DNA from: a virus
Taxonomy: Duplodnaviria > Heunggongvirae > Uroviricota > Caudoviricetes
Length of the DNA: 64,000 bases
IMG/VR virus record: IMGVR_UViG_3300028888_000043
Span: 233,756 to 297,755 of that record
Strand: one strand, 5' to 3'
Within the stretch, counting starts at the first letter, position 1. The number at the start of each line of letters is the position of its first letter. This document shows, one piece after another, positions 1 to 9,019 of the stretch. A model generated the notes under the pieces. It did no database searches, was not told the origin of the DNA, and saw only the letters and a program-made list of their open reading frames with translations. Made by a program: the position numbers and the translations under genes.

Positions 1-740
1 AATACATCCCACATGTAAAGGTCTATTATACACCACAGGTGGATGTGATAGATGGGAAGACAATCCTGTTCAATCCCTGGATTGAAGACCCGGAAAAAGA
101 ACATGAGGTTCTTACTGGTGTCAATGTTGATTATGTGTTTGGTCATCTTGAAATCGGAGGTTCATTGATGTCCAACAGGTCAGGTGTGAAGGTGAAACTC
201 GGAAGCGGGGTCAAGAAAAGTGACTTCAAGAATGCACAGGTCTATGCTGGTCATATCCACATCAAACAGGATGATAAGAACATCCATTATATAGGAAACC
301 CTTATCACAAGGACAGGGGAGATCGTGAGAATGTGAAGGGTATTACTGTTCTTGACATCAAGACTGGTGAGACAAGGTTCATTGAGAATACCATATCTCC
401 AAGGTTTATGAAGGAATCCATCTATGATATTATGAATTTAACTGTTGGAGACCTTAAAGAGAGATGGAACAATAACAGGATAGAGTTACATATAAAGAGT
501 AATGAGATTGTGAAATGTACTTTTGATGCACTTTCATCTGCCCTTAATTATTGTTATAGGAGTTTTAGTGTCATTGGTGATGATGTGGTAATGGAACTTG
601 ATACATCTGGAACTGTGAGTTTTGATGATGCCAAGAGTAGTGATGACTATATAGTTGATTTCCTTCAAAATCAGGATCTCACAGATGAGATGATGAAGAG
701 TGTGCAGGATAAGATGAATGAATACAAGGAAAGGTTATGA
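1..740 (+). CDS. Mre11/SbcD-like recombination nuclease subunit (T4 gp47-like), 5' truncated by window
   Basis: Metallophosphoesterase motifs FGHLE, YAGHIH, YIGNPY; frame is open back to the window start. Confidence 0.85.
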   Translation, partial: YIPHVKVYYTPQVDVIDGKTILFNPWIEDPEKEHEVLTGVNVDYVFGHLEIGGSLMSNRSGVKVKLGSGVKKSDFKNAQVYAGHIHIKQDDKNIHYIGNPYHKDRGDRENVKGITVLDIKTGETRFIENTISPRFMKESIYDIMNLTVGDLKERWNNNRIELHIKSNEIVKCTFDALSSALNYCYRSFSVIGDDVVMELDTSGTVSFDDAKSSDDYIVDFLQNQDLTDEMMKSVQDKMNEYKERL

Positions 741-1006
741 TAAAGTTTCAGGCTGTAAATGATACTATCATATTGATAAAGGACAAGGGTGTGAATGATT
801 CTCCTCTTATTCTTCCACAACAGCAATCACAGAATATGTATGAGATACCTGAACCATACACAGGAATCATAGACAGTGTTGGAATGGAGAATGAATGGAA
901 GAAAGGAGACCATATTGCTTTCTGTGACATTGGTGGCGTCTATATGAAAGTAGATGATGTTGAGTATGTGGTGATCACCCCGGAGATGGTTATAGGAAGA
1001 CTGTAA
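737..1006 (+). CDS. GroES/Cpn10-like co-chaperonin
   Basis: 89 aa; pattern FQAVNDTIILI..LILP..GIIDSVG..KKGDHIAF..G..MKVDDVEYVVI resembles Cpn10. Confidence 0.7.
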   Translation: MIKFQAVNDTIILIKDKGVNDSPLILPQQQSQNMYEIPEPYTGIIDSVGMENEWKKGDHIAFCDIGGVYMKVDDVEYVVITPEMVIGRL

Positions 1007-1008
1007 CA

Positions 1009-1040
1009 TTTGGATTTATTGAAAAAAATCATTATATTTG
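1009..1040 (+). promoter_or_regulatory. Bacteroidetes primary-sigma promoter (-33/-7), early class
   Basis: TTTG(1009-1012)-N20-TATATTTG(1033-1040). Confidence 0.8.
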
Positions 1041-1046
1041 TATTGT

Positions 1047-1190
1047 ATGTATAAGCAAATGTATGGTAAGACATTTCAATCAAAAAGAGAGTTTTTCAAA
1101 TGGCTTGAACAGAATGAAGACAAGATTGATTGGGATGAGGATGTTGAGTTAGGATGGTATTATAAAGAAGAGGAGGAAGACGAAGAATGA
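1047..1190 (+). CDS. Small acidic hypothetical protein (47 aa, not in ORF track)
   Basis: MYKQMYGKTFQSKREFFKWLEQNEDKIDWDEDVELGWYYKEEEEDEE; directly after promoter; ATGA overlap with next gene; start could be ATG 1059. Confidence 0.65.
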   Translation: MYKQMYGKTFQSKREFFKWLEQNEDKIDWDEDVELGWYYKEEEEDEE

Positions 1191-2053
1191 ATTTAGATGA
1201 GATATTTGGTAACTCTTTTGAGAAGAAAATGACTGACGAGAATGTCATCAAGGAAAAGGTGAGTTCTTGTAGGTCTCTCATATTGGAGAAGTTCGGGGAC
1301 ATCAAGTTTCTTGAAGAGGGACATCAGTATTTTATTGGTGAGCAGGAATATATACCTGTGAGTCACATCATCAAGGAATATGAACCTGTTGTGGATTGGG
1401 ACCAGAAGGCCACAGATTATGCGGCAAAGTGGCACAAGAAGAAAGAGGATGTACAGAGGGACTGGAAACTGAACAACCTGAAATCAACCATCTCCGGGAC
1501 AAGGACTCACTATTTTGGTGAAAGTTATACCAATCTTCTCATCGGTCATCCTGAACTCATCTGTGAGCAGAACAAACCACAGTACATCAAGGAGTACAAC
1601 ACGATGGTACCCACCTATCCAAAGGAGGAGGCTGTGGTCAAGTTCTACAATGAACTGTCAAGTAACCTTCATCCTGTCGGGGCGGAATTCAAACTATCGA
1701 CCGAGTACATTCAGGATGCCAGACATATTTGCGGTACCTGTGACCTTCTGTTCTACAACAGTGAACTGGATGGTTTTGTCATTGGTGACTGGAAGACTAA
1801 CAAATCCTTGATTAAGGAATATTCCAGGTCTTACGGGATTATGATGGAGGGAGTGATGTCCAAGTACTATGATGAACCGCTTTCGCATTACATCCTTCAG
1901 TTCAACATCTACCAGAGACTGTTGGAATCTATTGGTATCAAAATCATTGACAGGATGCTCTTGTGGTTGAAGGATGATGGGACATATGAACAGATTTGGA
2001 TAGAAAAGATACCAGACCAGGTGATTGATAAAATCCTGAAAGGCGTGAAGTAA
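1187..2053 (+). CDS. PD-(D/E)XK (RecB/Cas4-like) exonuclease
   Basis: GTRTH, GTCDLL..IGDWKT, YILQFNIY motifs. Confidence 0.85.
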   Translation: MNLDEIFGNSFEKKMTDENVIKEKVSSCRSLILEKFGDIKFLEEGHQYFIGEQEYIPVSHIIKEYEPVVDWDQKATDYAAKWHKKKEDVQRDWKLNNLKSTISGTRTHYFGESYTNLLIGHPELICEQNKPQYIKEYNTMVPTYPKEEAVVKFYNELSSNLHPVGAEFKLSTEYIQDARHICGTCDLLFYNSELDGFVIGDWKTNKSLIKEYSRSYGIMMEGVMSKYYDEPLSHYILQFNIYQRLLESIGIKIIDRMLLWLKDDGTYEQIWIEKIPDQVIDKILKGVK

Positions 2054-2065
2054 TTCACGCCTTTT
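2039..2065 (+). terminator. Rho-independent terminator abutting a late promoter
   Basis: AAAGGCGTGAA-GTAA-TTCACGCCTTTT. Confidence 0.8.
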
Positions 2066-2067
2066 CT

Positions 2068-2075
2068 CATAAATA
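2068..2075 (+). promoter_or_regulatory. Late promoter CATAAATA (T4 TATAAATA-like); representative of at least 17 copies
   Basis: Same octamer shortly upstream of genes at + 2068, 5203, 17178, 22050, 27651, 30671, 34007, 35797, 39357, 61910, 63423 and - 12623, 27601, 45798, 49221, 50356, 56605, including tube, sheath, portal, protease and capsid genes. Confidence 0.85.
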
Positions 2076-2097
2076 CCAGTATAAGTGACACTTGTTT

Positions 2098-5000
2098 ATG
2101 AAGACTGTTGAAAGACATAAGAAGACTGATTTCGGTGATGTATGGTATGTAAATGCTATTGATGGAACTTATAGGTTCGCTGTGTACAAGTATGATGATG
2201 ACGATGATACCATTTATCTGTCTAATGTGTTTGTCAAGGAAGACAGTAGGAGACAGGGTTATGGTAATGAGATTCTTGCTGCTGCGGAAGATTATGCCAA
2301 TAGACTCGGTGCAAGTGTCATATGTTTGAAGGTGTTGAGTGGATCCGATGTACACAGGTGGTACAAGAGACATGGTTATGAAGACCTGGAAAAGGATGAG
2401 GAAGAAAGAGGATATATGTGGATGAAGAAGGAGTTGAAGAGAGTGAATGAATCAATTTGGGCAGATATACACCGCAGGAGTACAGGTGAACAGGTCAAGA
2501 AGGAAGATGAGATGACTCAAAAAGACCTTGATGACCTTGATAAGTATATTATGCATTTTGCAAGTGAAGTGGTATATGGTCAGGGTATGGGTGAAGAGGC
2601 TGCTACCCTTGACAATTTCTGTGACCATATAAGACAGGACTATGATGTCAATTCAGACAAGGACAAAATCATTGAATATGTAAAAAAAGTATGGTTTGAT
2701 GAATTGTGTGATGATGTGACCGGTACAATAGAACAGGTACAGAAAGAGTATAATCAGGATATGTATGAATCAGTCTGGGCTGACATACATAAGAGAAGTA
2801 ATGGTGAACAGGTAAGGAAAGAGGATGATGTAAATATTCTTGACCTTGAGGAATTTTATGAATATATTAAAAAACATTATAAGAACAAGGTTGAATATAT
2901 TGACCTGGAATCAATGGGTGGAGGAAATGGAGATGTTCTTGGAGTTGACATTACAGAAAACATTATATTATTCTACAAGCCCAAAAGGGGTCATATCCTA
3001 TTAAGTTGGTCAAAGGTAAAAATACCCATGCCTTTTTTTGATGAATTTGCTGACAGATTTAAGATAGAGAATCCAAATGCAATGAGGAGAATAATAACTG
3101 AAAATGATGGGAGTTGTACAAACAAGACATTCATAGATGTCATTGATTTCTTCCTTAATCATAAGGAAAGTTTGATTAATGAATCTGTCTGGGCTGACAT
3201 ACATAAGAGAAGTAATGGTGATGTTGTAAGAAAGGAAGATGATGTCAATCTTCTTGATAAAGATGGCTTATATGAATATCTGATATCACATTATAAACCA
3301 GTTGAAGGTATAGATATTAAAAGTTATATATTTTGTGGTAATAGTTATATAAATTTGTGTGTATTTACATATCCTACAGAGACAAGATATTCAATACTTT
3401 TAGATATATTGAATTTTAGGGTAAAAGTAAGAACTCCTTATATAAAAAGATGGCCTGCTAATCTTCTTGATATGATATACAAAAAATATAATAGAGAAGA
3501 TATTATTGATAAAAATAGAGACCATATGACTTTTATTACACCAAAAGAGGGTAAAGGAAACAATCAATTTTATATTGATTTTTTGGATATGATATTGAAT
3601 AATGTTGATAAACCATTGTTGAAGAAAGCAATCAATGAATCCATCTGGGTTGACATACATAAGAGAAGTAATGGTGAGGCCATCCGTAAGGAAGATGAGA
3701 ATCTGTCTGATGAAGATTGTGATTTCTTGGATGACTGCCTTATGGAGTTTGCTTCAAGGGTTGTATGGGATGGTGAGAAAGCCAGCCGGGAGAAATTATC
3801 CAATTGTATCAGGAAACAGTCTAATACATATAAGGACATTGATGTAGAAAAGGTCATAAAATATGTTGAAGACCATTGGGGTGAAGTATCTAAAGAACTT
3901 GATAGTCTTATTGCACAGGAAGAAAAAGAAAAGAGAAACGGTATGTATGAATCCGTTTGGAAAGATATGCACCAGAGAAGTAATGGTGACCAGGTAAGGA
4001 AAGAGGATGATTGCTTAATTGATGAAAATGAATTGGATCAGGATTCTTTAATATGCATCAGCAGGTATGCTATACTGTCAGTCTATTATGATAAGTATGA
4101 TGGAAAACCTGAAACTTTCTTAAAGTGTATTGAAAATTGGGATGACAATATATCTATCAGAGCTCAATTATATGATAAAAAGAAAGGTGAATATGTTGAT
4201 CCGGTAAAAGTGATACCTCCATTCATCAAGAAAAATTGGAAAACAGGTAAATCATATGAATCAGATGTCAATAAGAAAGTATCTGATGTGGAGGATGAAA
4301 TTAGAAAGACCGGATTTATAAAGAAACCAGGAGAGAGTATAAATGATACTTTATCAAAATGGTTTGATGATAATAAGGATCTTATTTCGGAAGAATATTG
4401 TGATTCTATTGAAGAATATGCCGAGACATATTATAGTGAAGGTGGTTCAAGGTTTACAGAAGTTGGTGTAGAAGAATGGTGGGATAGTTTGGAATATATT
4501 GATCAGGTAAAAATATATCAGGAACATATGAAAAACACAAATGAGTCTGTCTGGAAAGATATTCATCAGAGAAGTACAGGTGAGCAGGTAAGGAAAGAGG
4601 ATGAATTGCTGAATGACAAGGAAAACCAGATACTCAAACAGACTGCAAAGATGTTCAAGAATGCAGTTCGGGTATCAAAGTATAATGATGATGAAGAAGG
4701 TTATGATTACAGTGACTCCAAGGAGGATTTCATATATTATATTGAACAAAGGAAGGGAGAGATGTTCTGGACAGGTGTGAAGGAAGATGTATATGACAAA
4801 ATCATAGACTATGTGAACAAGAAGTGGACAGATGGTTGCAATGGTATAGATGAATTTATAAGTGAATATATATATGAGTGTGATGGCGTCCCTGGTGGAA
4901 TCACTCCCGCTGATGTTGGAGGTATGGGTGCAATCTCCTTCCCTGGTGCAGATGGTACTCCAGGTTCAGGAGACATCCCTATGCCGACAGGTCATGTCTA

Positions 5001-5181
5001 TCAACAGGTTGCCCCGTTTGGTATTTTCATCAGGGCAAAGAAAGGAAAGAAGAGAAAGAAGAAGTTCAGGAAGGAAGATGAACCTTGTGCTCATTCACCA
5101 AATGCGAAGGTCTATGACTATGTGGATGACTACCGTGAATATGTGGACAGGACATACAACAATATGGATAGAAGAAAGTAG
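2098..5181 (+). CDS. Multi-module protein: N-terminal GNAT acetyltransferase followed by six repeat-delimited modules (putative internal-head polyprotein)
   Basis: GNAT motif A FVKEDSRRQGYG..WYKRHGY; six copies of xNES(V/I)WxD(I/M)HxRS(N/T)GxxxxKED; ATG 2098 preferred over TTG 2092. Confidence 0.75.
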   Translation: MKTVERHKKTDFGDVWYVNAIDGTYRFAVYKYDDDDDTIYLSNVFVKEDSRRQGYGNEILAAAEDYANRLGASVICLKVLSGSDVHRWYKRHGYEDLEKDEEERGYMWMKKELKRVNESIWADIHRRSTGEQVKKEDEMTQKDLDDLDKYIMHFASEVVYGQGMGEEAATLDNFCDHIRQDYDVNSDKDKIIEYVKKVWFDELCDDVTGTIEQVQKEYNQDMYESVWADIHKRSNGEQVRKEDDVNILDLEEFYEYIKKHYKNKVEYIDLESMGGGNGDVLGVDITENIILFYKPKRGHILLSWSKVKIPMPFFDEFADRFKIENPNAMRRIITENDGSCTNKTFIDVIDFFLNHKESLINESVWADIHKRSNGDVVRKEDDVNLLDKDGLYEYLISHYKPVEGIDIKSYIFCGNSYINLCVFTYPTETRYSILLDILNFRVKVRTPYIKRWPANLLDMIYKKYNREDIIDKNRDHMTFITPKEGKGNNQFYIDFLDMILNNVDKPLLKKAINESIWVDIHKRSNGEAIRKEDENLSDEDCDFLDDCLMEFASRVVWDGEKASREKLSNCIRKQSNTYKDIDVEKVIKYVEDHWGEVSKELDSLIAQEEKEKRNGMYESVWKDMHQRSNGDQVRKEDDCLIDENELDQDSLICISRYAILSVYYDKYDGKPETFLKCIENWDDNISIRAQLYDKKKGEYVDPVKVIPPFIKKNWKTGKSYESDVNKKVSDVEDEIRKTGFIKKPGESINDTLSKWFDDNKDLISEEYCDSIEEYAETYYSEGGSRFTEVGVEEWWDSLEYIDQVKIYQEHMKNTNESVWKDIHQRSTGEQVRKEDELLNDKENQILKQTAKMFKNAVRVSKYNDDEEGYDYSDSKEDFIYYIEQRKGEMFWTGVKEDVYDKIIDYVNKKWTDGCNGIDEFISEYIYECDGVPGGITPADVGGMGAISFPGADGTPGSGDIPMPTGHVYQQVAPFGIFIRAKKGKKRKKKFRKEDEPCAHSPNAKVYDYVDDYREYVDRTYNNMDRRK
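2443..4605 (+). repeat. Six dispersed 69-nt/23-aa repeats
   Basis: Copies at 2443-2511, 2761-2829, 3175-3243, 3631-3699, 3943-4011, 4537-4605. Confidence 0.95.
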
Positions 5182-5236
5182 GATTAACACTCCTACTTTT
5201 TTCATAAATACTATATTAAAATACAGATAGTATATT

Positions 5237-7000
5237 ATGAATTATAAAAGTAAAGGATATGCCCCTCTCAATGAGAGTAAAAAGGCAAAGAATATTCAGG
5301 TTGTTTTCCTGTCCAGTAGGGCAGAAAAGACAACAAAAAGTTCTAATTCAATGTTCTTCTTTGAGGATGCTGCAAAGAAGGCCGGATTGAAGATGATTAC
5401 AATCGACCCTTCTTCATCAGTCATTACAAAGAGTTCGGAAGAAGTTTACAGTGTTGTTGAGAATGGCGAGAACAAGAAAACATATGAGTTGAGTCCAACC
5501 AACACCATCATTGTTCCACGTCGTACTGTTTTAAAGAACATTGAGTCCAGGGATTTCCTCACAGAACTCCAGAATGATGGATTCTTTGTGTTGAATACAT
5601 TGGATGCCATTGACAACTGTGAGGATAAGTTCATCACCTATAAGAAACTGAAAGCTGCCGGCGTACCTACTCCGAGAACTGCTGTTGTGACCAGTTCTTC
5701 TATGAACAAGTTGGATGATAAGATCAATTCTGTCGGAGGTAATTTCCCTCTCATCATCAAGATTACAAAGGGAACACAGGGTATCGGTGTTGCACAGGTG
5801 GATTCCAAGATTTCCCTTAAATCTGTTCTCCAGGCTTTCTTTGCTATGACTCCGAAGGCGGATATCCTTCTTCAGGAGAAAATCAACTCTGATTATGATT
5901 TGAGAATCCATGTTCTCTACAAGGGATTTGAAAGGATGACTCCTGGTATTGAGAACTTTGAGATTATCGGTTGTATGAAGAGAAACCAGTTGGAGGGAGA
6001 CTTCCGTTCCAACTATTCCCTTGGATCAACCGCAGAGAAGGGTACTCTCACATCAGAACAGGAGAAGATTGCCAAGCAGGCATGCAAGGCAACAGGTTGC
6101 CGCTGGGCAGGTGTTGATATGATTATGGATTCCAGGACCAAGCAGTCTTATGTCATTGAGGTGAACTCATCTCCTGGTACCAAGGGTATCACAACCGCAG
6201 CTGGTGATGATGTGGTCGGTACATTGATGGATATGTTCAAGGACTTCAAGTACACCAAGTATGATTCTGACCAGATTGGCAGATATGAGACTGTCACATT
6301 GAAGGACCTCAATGATGGTGTTGATGCACCTATGAAGTTTGATGACAACAAGACTTTCACTGAGTTGCAGTGCAGTTCTGTCAATGCCAAGGATGATGAT
6401 GTCACTTTTGTGTTCAATGGTGTCACCTATACTCTTGAACTGTCAGGTATGAGGAAGGGAGACCCTATGGTTGAATTGAACATCAGGTTCAATGGTACTG
6501 TTTATAAGAATGAATTGGTTGTCTTGAAGACTGTCAATGACAATATCAACAAGAATATTGCAGTTGGTGGTAGCAAGCTCCTTCACAGGATTTCAGATAA
6601 GGCTGTTGTGGTTGAGAACTCATTTATCCTTACTGACAATACTACTGATTTTGAAGTACCTGTTGAGAAAGTTGAAGAGAGTGTTTCTCTCAATGAAAGC
6701 AAGGCGGTTGCCCTTTATGAGGACATCAGGCTTGGAGGATTGAAGAAACTCATCACCAGATACATCCAGGGCAGGCAGAATGAATATGAGAATGACAACT
6801 GGAAGATTTCAGGTCTCAATGAGGATAGGGATACCTGGACATTGAGTTATAATGGTGTCGATGTTGTTGACTGCAAGGAGAACTATGCATACTTTATCAA
6901 TGACTCTCTCTCTTATGAGGATGCCTGTAAGGTGGCAGGTGTTGTCGAGGCATTCTATGGACATGAGGTTGATTTGTCCAAGTATAAAAATGTAGAATAA
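5237..7000 (+). CDS. rimK: RimK-family ATP-grasp ligase fused to a degenerate retropepsin-like (RimB-type) domain
   Basis: DKFITY..GVPTPRT, PLIIK..GTQGIGV, LLQEKI..DLRI, FRSNYSLG, AGVDMI, IEVNSSPG; downstream IGRYETV..MKFDDN domain. Confidence 0.85.
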   Translation: MNYKSKGYAPLNESKKAKNIQVVFLSSRAEKTTKSSNSMFFFEDAAKKAGLKMITIDPSSSVITKSSEEVYSVVENGENKKTYELSPTNTIIVPRRTVLKNIESRDFLTELQNDGFFVLNTLDAIDNCEDKFITYKKLKAAGVPTPRTAVVTSSSMNKLDDKINSVGGNFPLIIKITKGTQGIGVAQVDSKISLKSVLQAFFAMTPKADILLQEKINSDYDLRIHVLYKGFERMTPGIENFEIIGCMKRNQLEGDFRSNYSLGSTAEKGTLTSEQEKIAKQACKATGCRWAGVDMIMDSRTKQSYVIEVNSSPGTKGITTAAGDDVVGTLMDMFKDFKYTKYDSDQIGRYETVTLKDLNDGVDAPMKFDDNKTFTELQCSSVNAKDDDVTFVFNGVTYTLELSGMRKGDPMVELNIRFNGTVYKNELVVLKTVNDNINKNIAVGGSKLLHRISDKAVVVENSFILTDNTTDFEVPVEKVEESVSLNESKAVALYEDIRLGGLKKLITRYIQGRQNEYENDNWKISGLNEDRDTWTLSYNGVDVVDCKENYAYFINDSLSYEDACKVAGVVEAFYGHEVDLSKYKNVE

Positions 7001-7001
7001 T

Positions 7002-7166
7002 ATGGGATGTAATTGTTCAAAGGACAAAACCACCTTGACTTTGAAACAGAAGATAAGAAGGGATTTCAAGCAGAAGGTGGCGGATGTGAAGAAAATCTGG
7101 CAGGATACATCAGAGAAGAAAATCACATCTACAAAAGATGAATTAGGATTCAAACCAAAAGAGTAA
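7002..7166 (+). CDS. Small basic hypothetical protein (54 aa, not in ORF track)
   Basis: MGCNCSKDKTTLTLKQKIRR..; fills the gap between rimK and the protease gene exactly. Confidence 0.65.
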   Translation: MGCNCSKDKTTLTLKQKIRRDFKQKVADVKKIWQDTSEKKITSTKDELGFKPKE

Positions 7167-7167
7167 T

Positions 7168-7710
7168 ATGTTAAAGAAATTTGAAGAATATATAAGAGAC
7201 AAGGGAATGAAGTCAGAGGCTTTCATTCCTGAAACTCCTGTACATTCATCAACCAAGGAAACACATGACGGAAAGGAAGTCTCTGGATTCAAGGAGGTTA
7301 TTGAAGTTGAAGGACTTGGAAAAATGAAAGCAAAACTTGATACAGGAAACACTGCCTATAATGCCATCATTGTCCAGGACTGTAAAGAAAAGGATGGAAA
7401 GGTTTCTTTTGAGTTCAATGGTGAAGAGAAGGAGTTTGATATTGTGAAGCATATCAAAATTTGGCATCATGGAAAGGCAACTGAAAGACCTGTGATAAAG
7501 GTCAACCTGAAATTCAATGGAAAGGAATATAAGGATGAACTTGTTGACTTGAAGATTTCAGACCTTACCGGTTCAAAGAATTACAGATCCAGGATGCTTC
7601 TTTGTAAAGATTTTATGTCCAGGGCCAAGATTGTGGTTGACCCAAGTAAGGAATTCAAACTGACTGACAAGAAAGAAATTAAGAAAAAGAAGAAAAAGAG
7701 TGAGAGTTAA
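7168..7710 (+). CDS. RimK-associated retropepsin-like protease (RimB / PF05618 type)
   Basis: AKLDTGN catalytic motif, ERPVIKV, MLLCKDFM. Confidence 0.8.
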   Translation: MLKKFEEYIRDKGMKSEAFIPETPVHSSTKETHDGKEVSGFKEVIEVEGLGKMKAKLDTGNTAYNAIIVQDCKEKDGKVSFEFNGEEKEFDIVKHIKIWHHGKATERPVIKVNLKFNGKEYKDELVDLKISDLTGSKNYRSRMLLCKDFMSRAKIVVDPSKEFKLTDKKEIKKKKKKSES

Positions 7711-7721
7711 TCCCACTCTTT

Positions 7722-7733
7722 TTTGTTATATTT
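7722..7733 (+). promoter_or_regulatory. Putative middle promoter TTTGTTATATTT; representative of 9 copies
   Basis: Exact copies at + 7722, 41244, 45811, 51154, 55215, 56617, 58854; one-mismatch copies at + 12655 and - 51133; all within about 30 nt of a non-structural gene start. Confidence 0.7.
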
Positions 7734-7760
7734 AGTGTATAAATTTTAATTAGTTATTAT

Positions 7761-8984
7761 ATGGCAAAAGGCGGAGAATTCAGTTTTGCTGATTTGAATA
7801 AAGAAATGTCCAAGAACTCCAAGTGGGGAGGTCTGATGTCTGATGGTGCTGGTGTGTCTGCCATCACAGATTACATTCCTGTGGGTAATTACATCTGTAA
7901 TGCCTGTCTGACTGGTAGTCTGTTTGGTGGTATTCCCAATAACAGGTCTATATGTATCTCCGGTGAATCAGGTGTTGGTAAGACTTACCTTCTTCTGAAC
8001 ATTGCCAGGGAGGCACAGAAGAAAGACATCTTTGTCATTTGGTATGATTCTGAGAACTCCATTGAACAGGCGCAGTTGAAGCAGTTCGGTGTGGATCCCA
8101 GGAAGTTCCGTTATGAACCTGTTGGTACTGTCCAGGAGTTCAAGACCAACATCACCCAGACTGTTGACCTTCTTATTGAAAAGAAGGAAGCAGGTATGAC
8201 CATCCCGAAGATGCTGTTCATCCTTGATTCCGTAGGTAACCTGGCCACCCAGAAGGAAATTGATGATGCCAAGTCAGGTAATGACAAGTCTGATATGACC
8301 AGGGCCAAGCAGATCAGGTCTATCTTCAGAATCTTGATGCAGAAGATGGGTATCATTGGAGGAACATTTGCTTTCTCCAACCATGTGTATGCTGCTACTG
8401 ATGCTTATGTACCTACCAATATCCAGTCTGGTGGTAAGGGACTTGTCTATGGTGCAAGTATCATTCTCAATCTTTCCAAGGCCAAGTTGAAGGAAGGAAC
8501 TGACAACACCCAGACAGGTATCATTGTCACTGGTATGCCAGAGAAGAACAGGTTCTGTAAACCTGTCAAGGTGAAGTTCTACATTTCCTATGTGAATGGT
8601 ATGAATCCTTATGTTGGTCTGGAAGAGTACATCTCCTTTGAGAGGTGTGGTGTACAGAGAGGTAAGTTCATCACTGAGAAGGAATACTTGAAGAATCCGA
8701 GTGATGACTATATCAGGTGTGAGAACAATGGTGTCGTCCAGTACTTTGTTCCTTCTGAAACTGCCAGGGGATTCTGCCTTGATGATGGTACAACAGTTTC
8801 TCTCAACCAACTGTTCACTCCAAAGGTGTTCACCAAGGAGAGACTGGAAAGACTGGATGAATATATCAGGTCAGAGTTCAAGTATGCAGAGAGCAATGGT
8901 GTTGAGGAAGTGTTTGAGGAAGATGATGTCCCTGATGAAACTGATTCCATCGGAGATTTGATTAGCAGTCAGCTTGACAATTAA
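7761..8984 (+). CDS. uvsX: RecA-like recombinase UvsX
   Basis: Walker A GESGVGKT, YDSE, LDSVGNL, SNHVY, SGGKG, KNRF. Confidence 0.9.
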   Translation: MAKGGEFSFADLNKEMSKNSKWGGLMSDGAGVSAITDYIPVGNYICNACLTGSLFGGIPNNRSICISGESGVGKTYLLLNIAREAQKKDIFVIWYDSENSIEQAQLKQFGVDPRKFRYEPVGTVQEFKTNITQTVDLLIEKKEAGMTIPKMLFILDSVGNLATQKEIDDAKSGNDKSDMTRAKQIRSIFRILMQKMGIIGGTFAFSNHVYAATDAYVPTNIQSGGKGLVYGASIILNLSKAKLKEGTDNTQTGIIVTGMPEKNRFCKPVKVKFYISYVNGMNPYVGLEEYISFERCGVQRGKFITEKEYLKNPSDDYIRCENNGVVQYFVPSETARGFCLDDGTTVSLNQLFTPKVFTKERLERLDEYIRSEFKYAESNGVEEVFEEDDVPDETDSIGDLISSQLDN

Positions 8985-9017
8985 AAAAAGAGTGAGGGTT
9001 GAACCTCACTCTTTTTT
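8985..9017. terminator. Bidirectional terminator
   Basis: A-tract GAGTGAGG-GTTGAA-CCTCACTC T-tract between convergent genes. Confidence 0.85.
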
Positions 9018-9019
9018 GT

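Noticed and set aside
2443-4605. CRISPR-like array from the 69-nt repeats
   Set aside because: Repeats are in-frame, vary at synonymous positions and are separated by 240-530 nt of coding sequence
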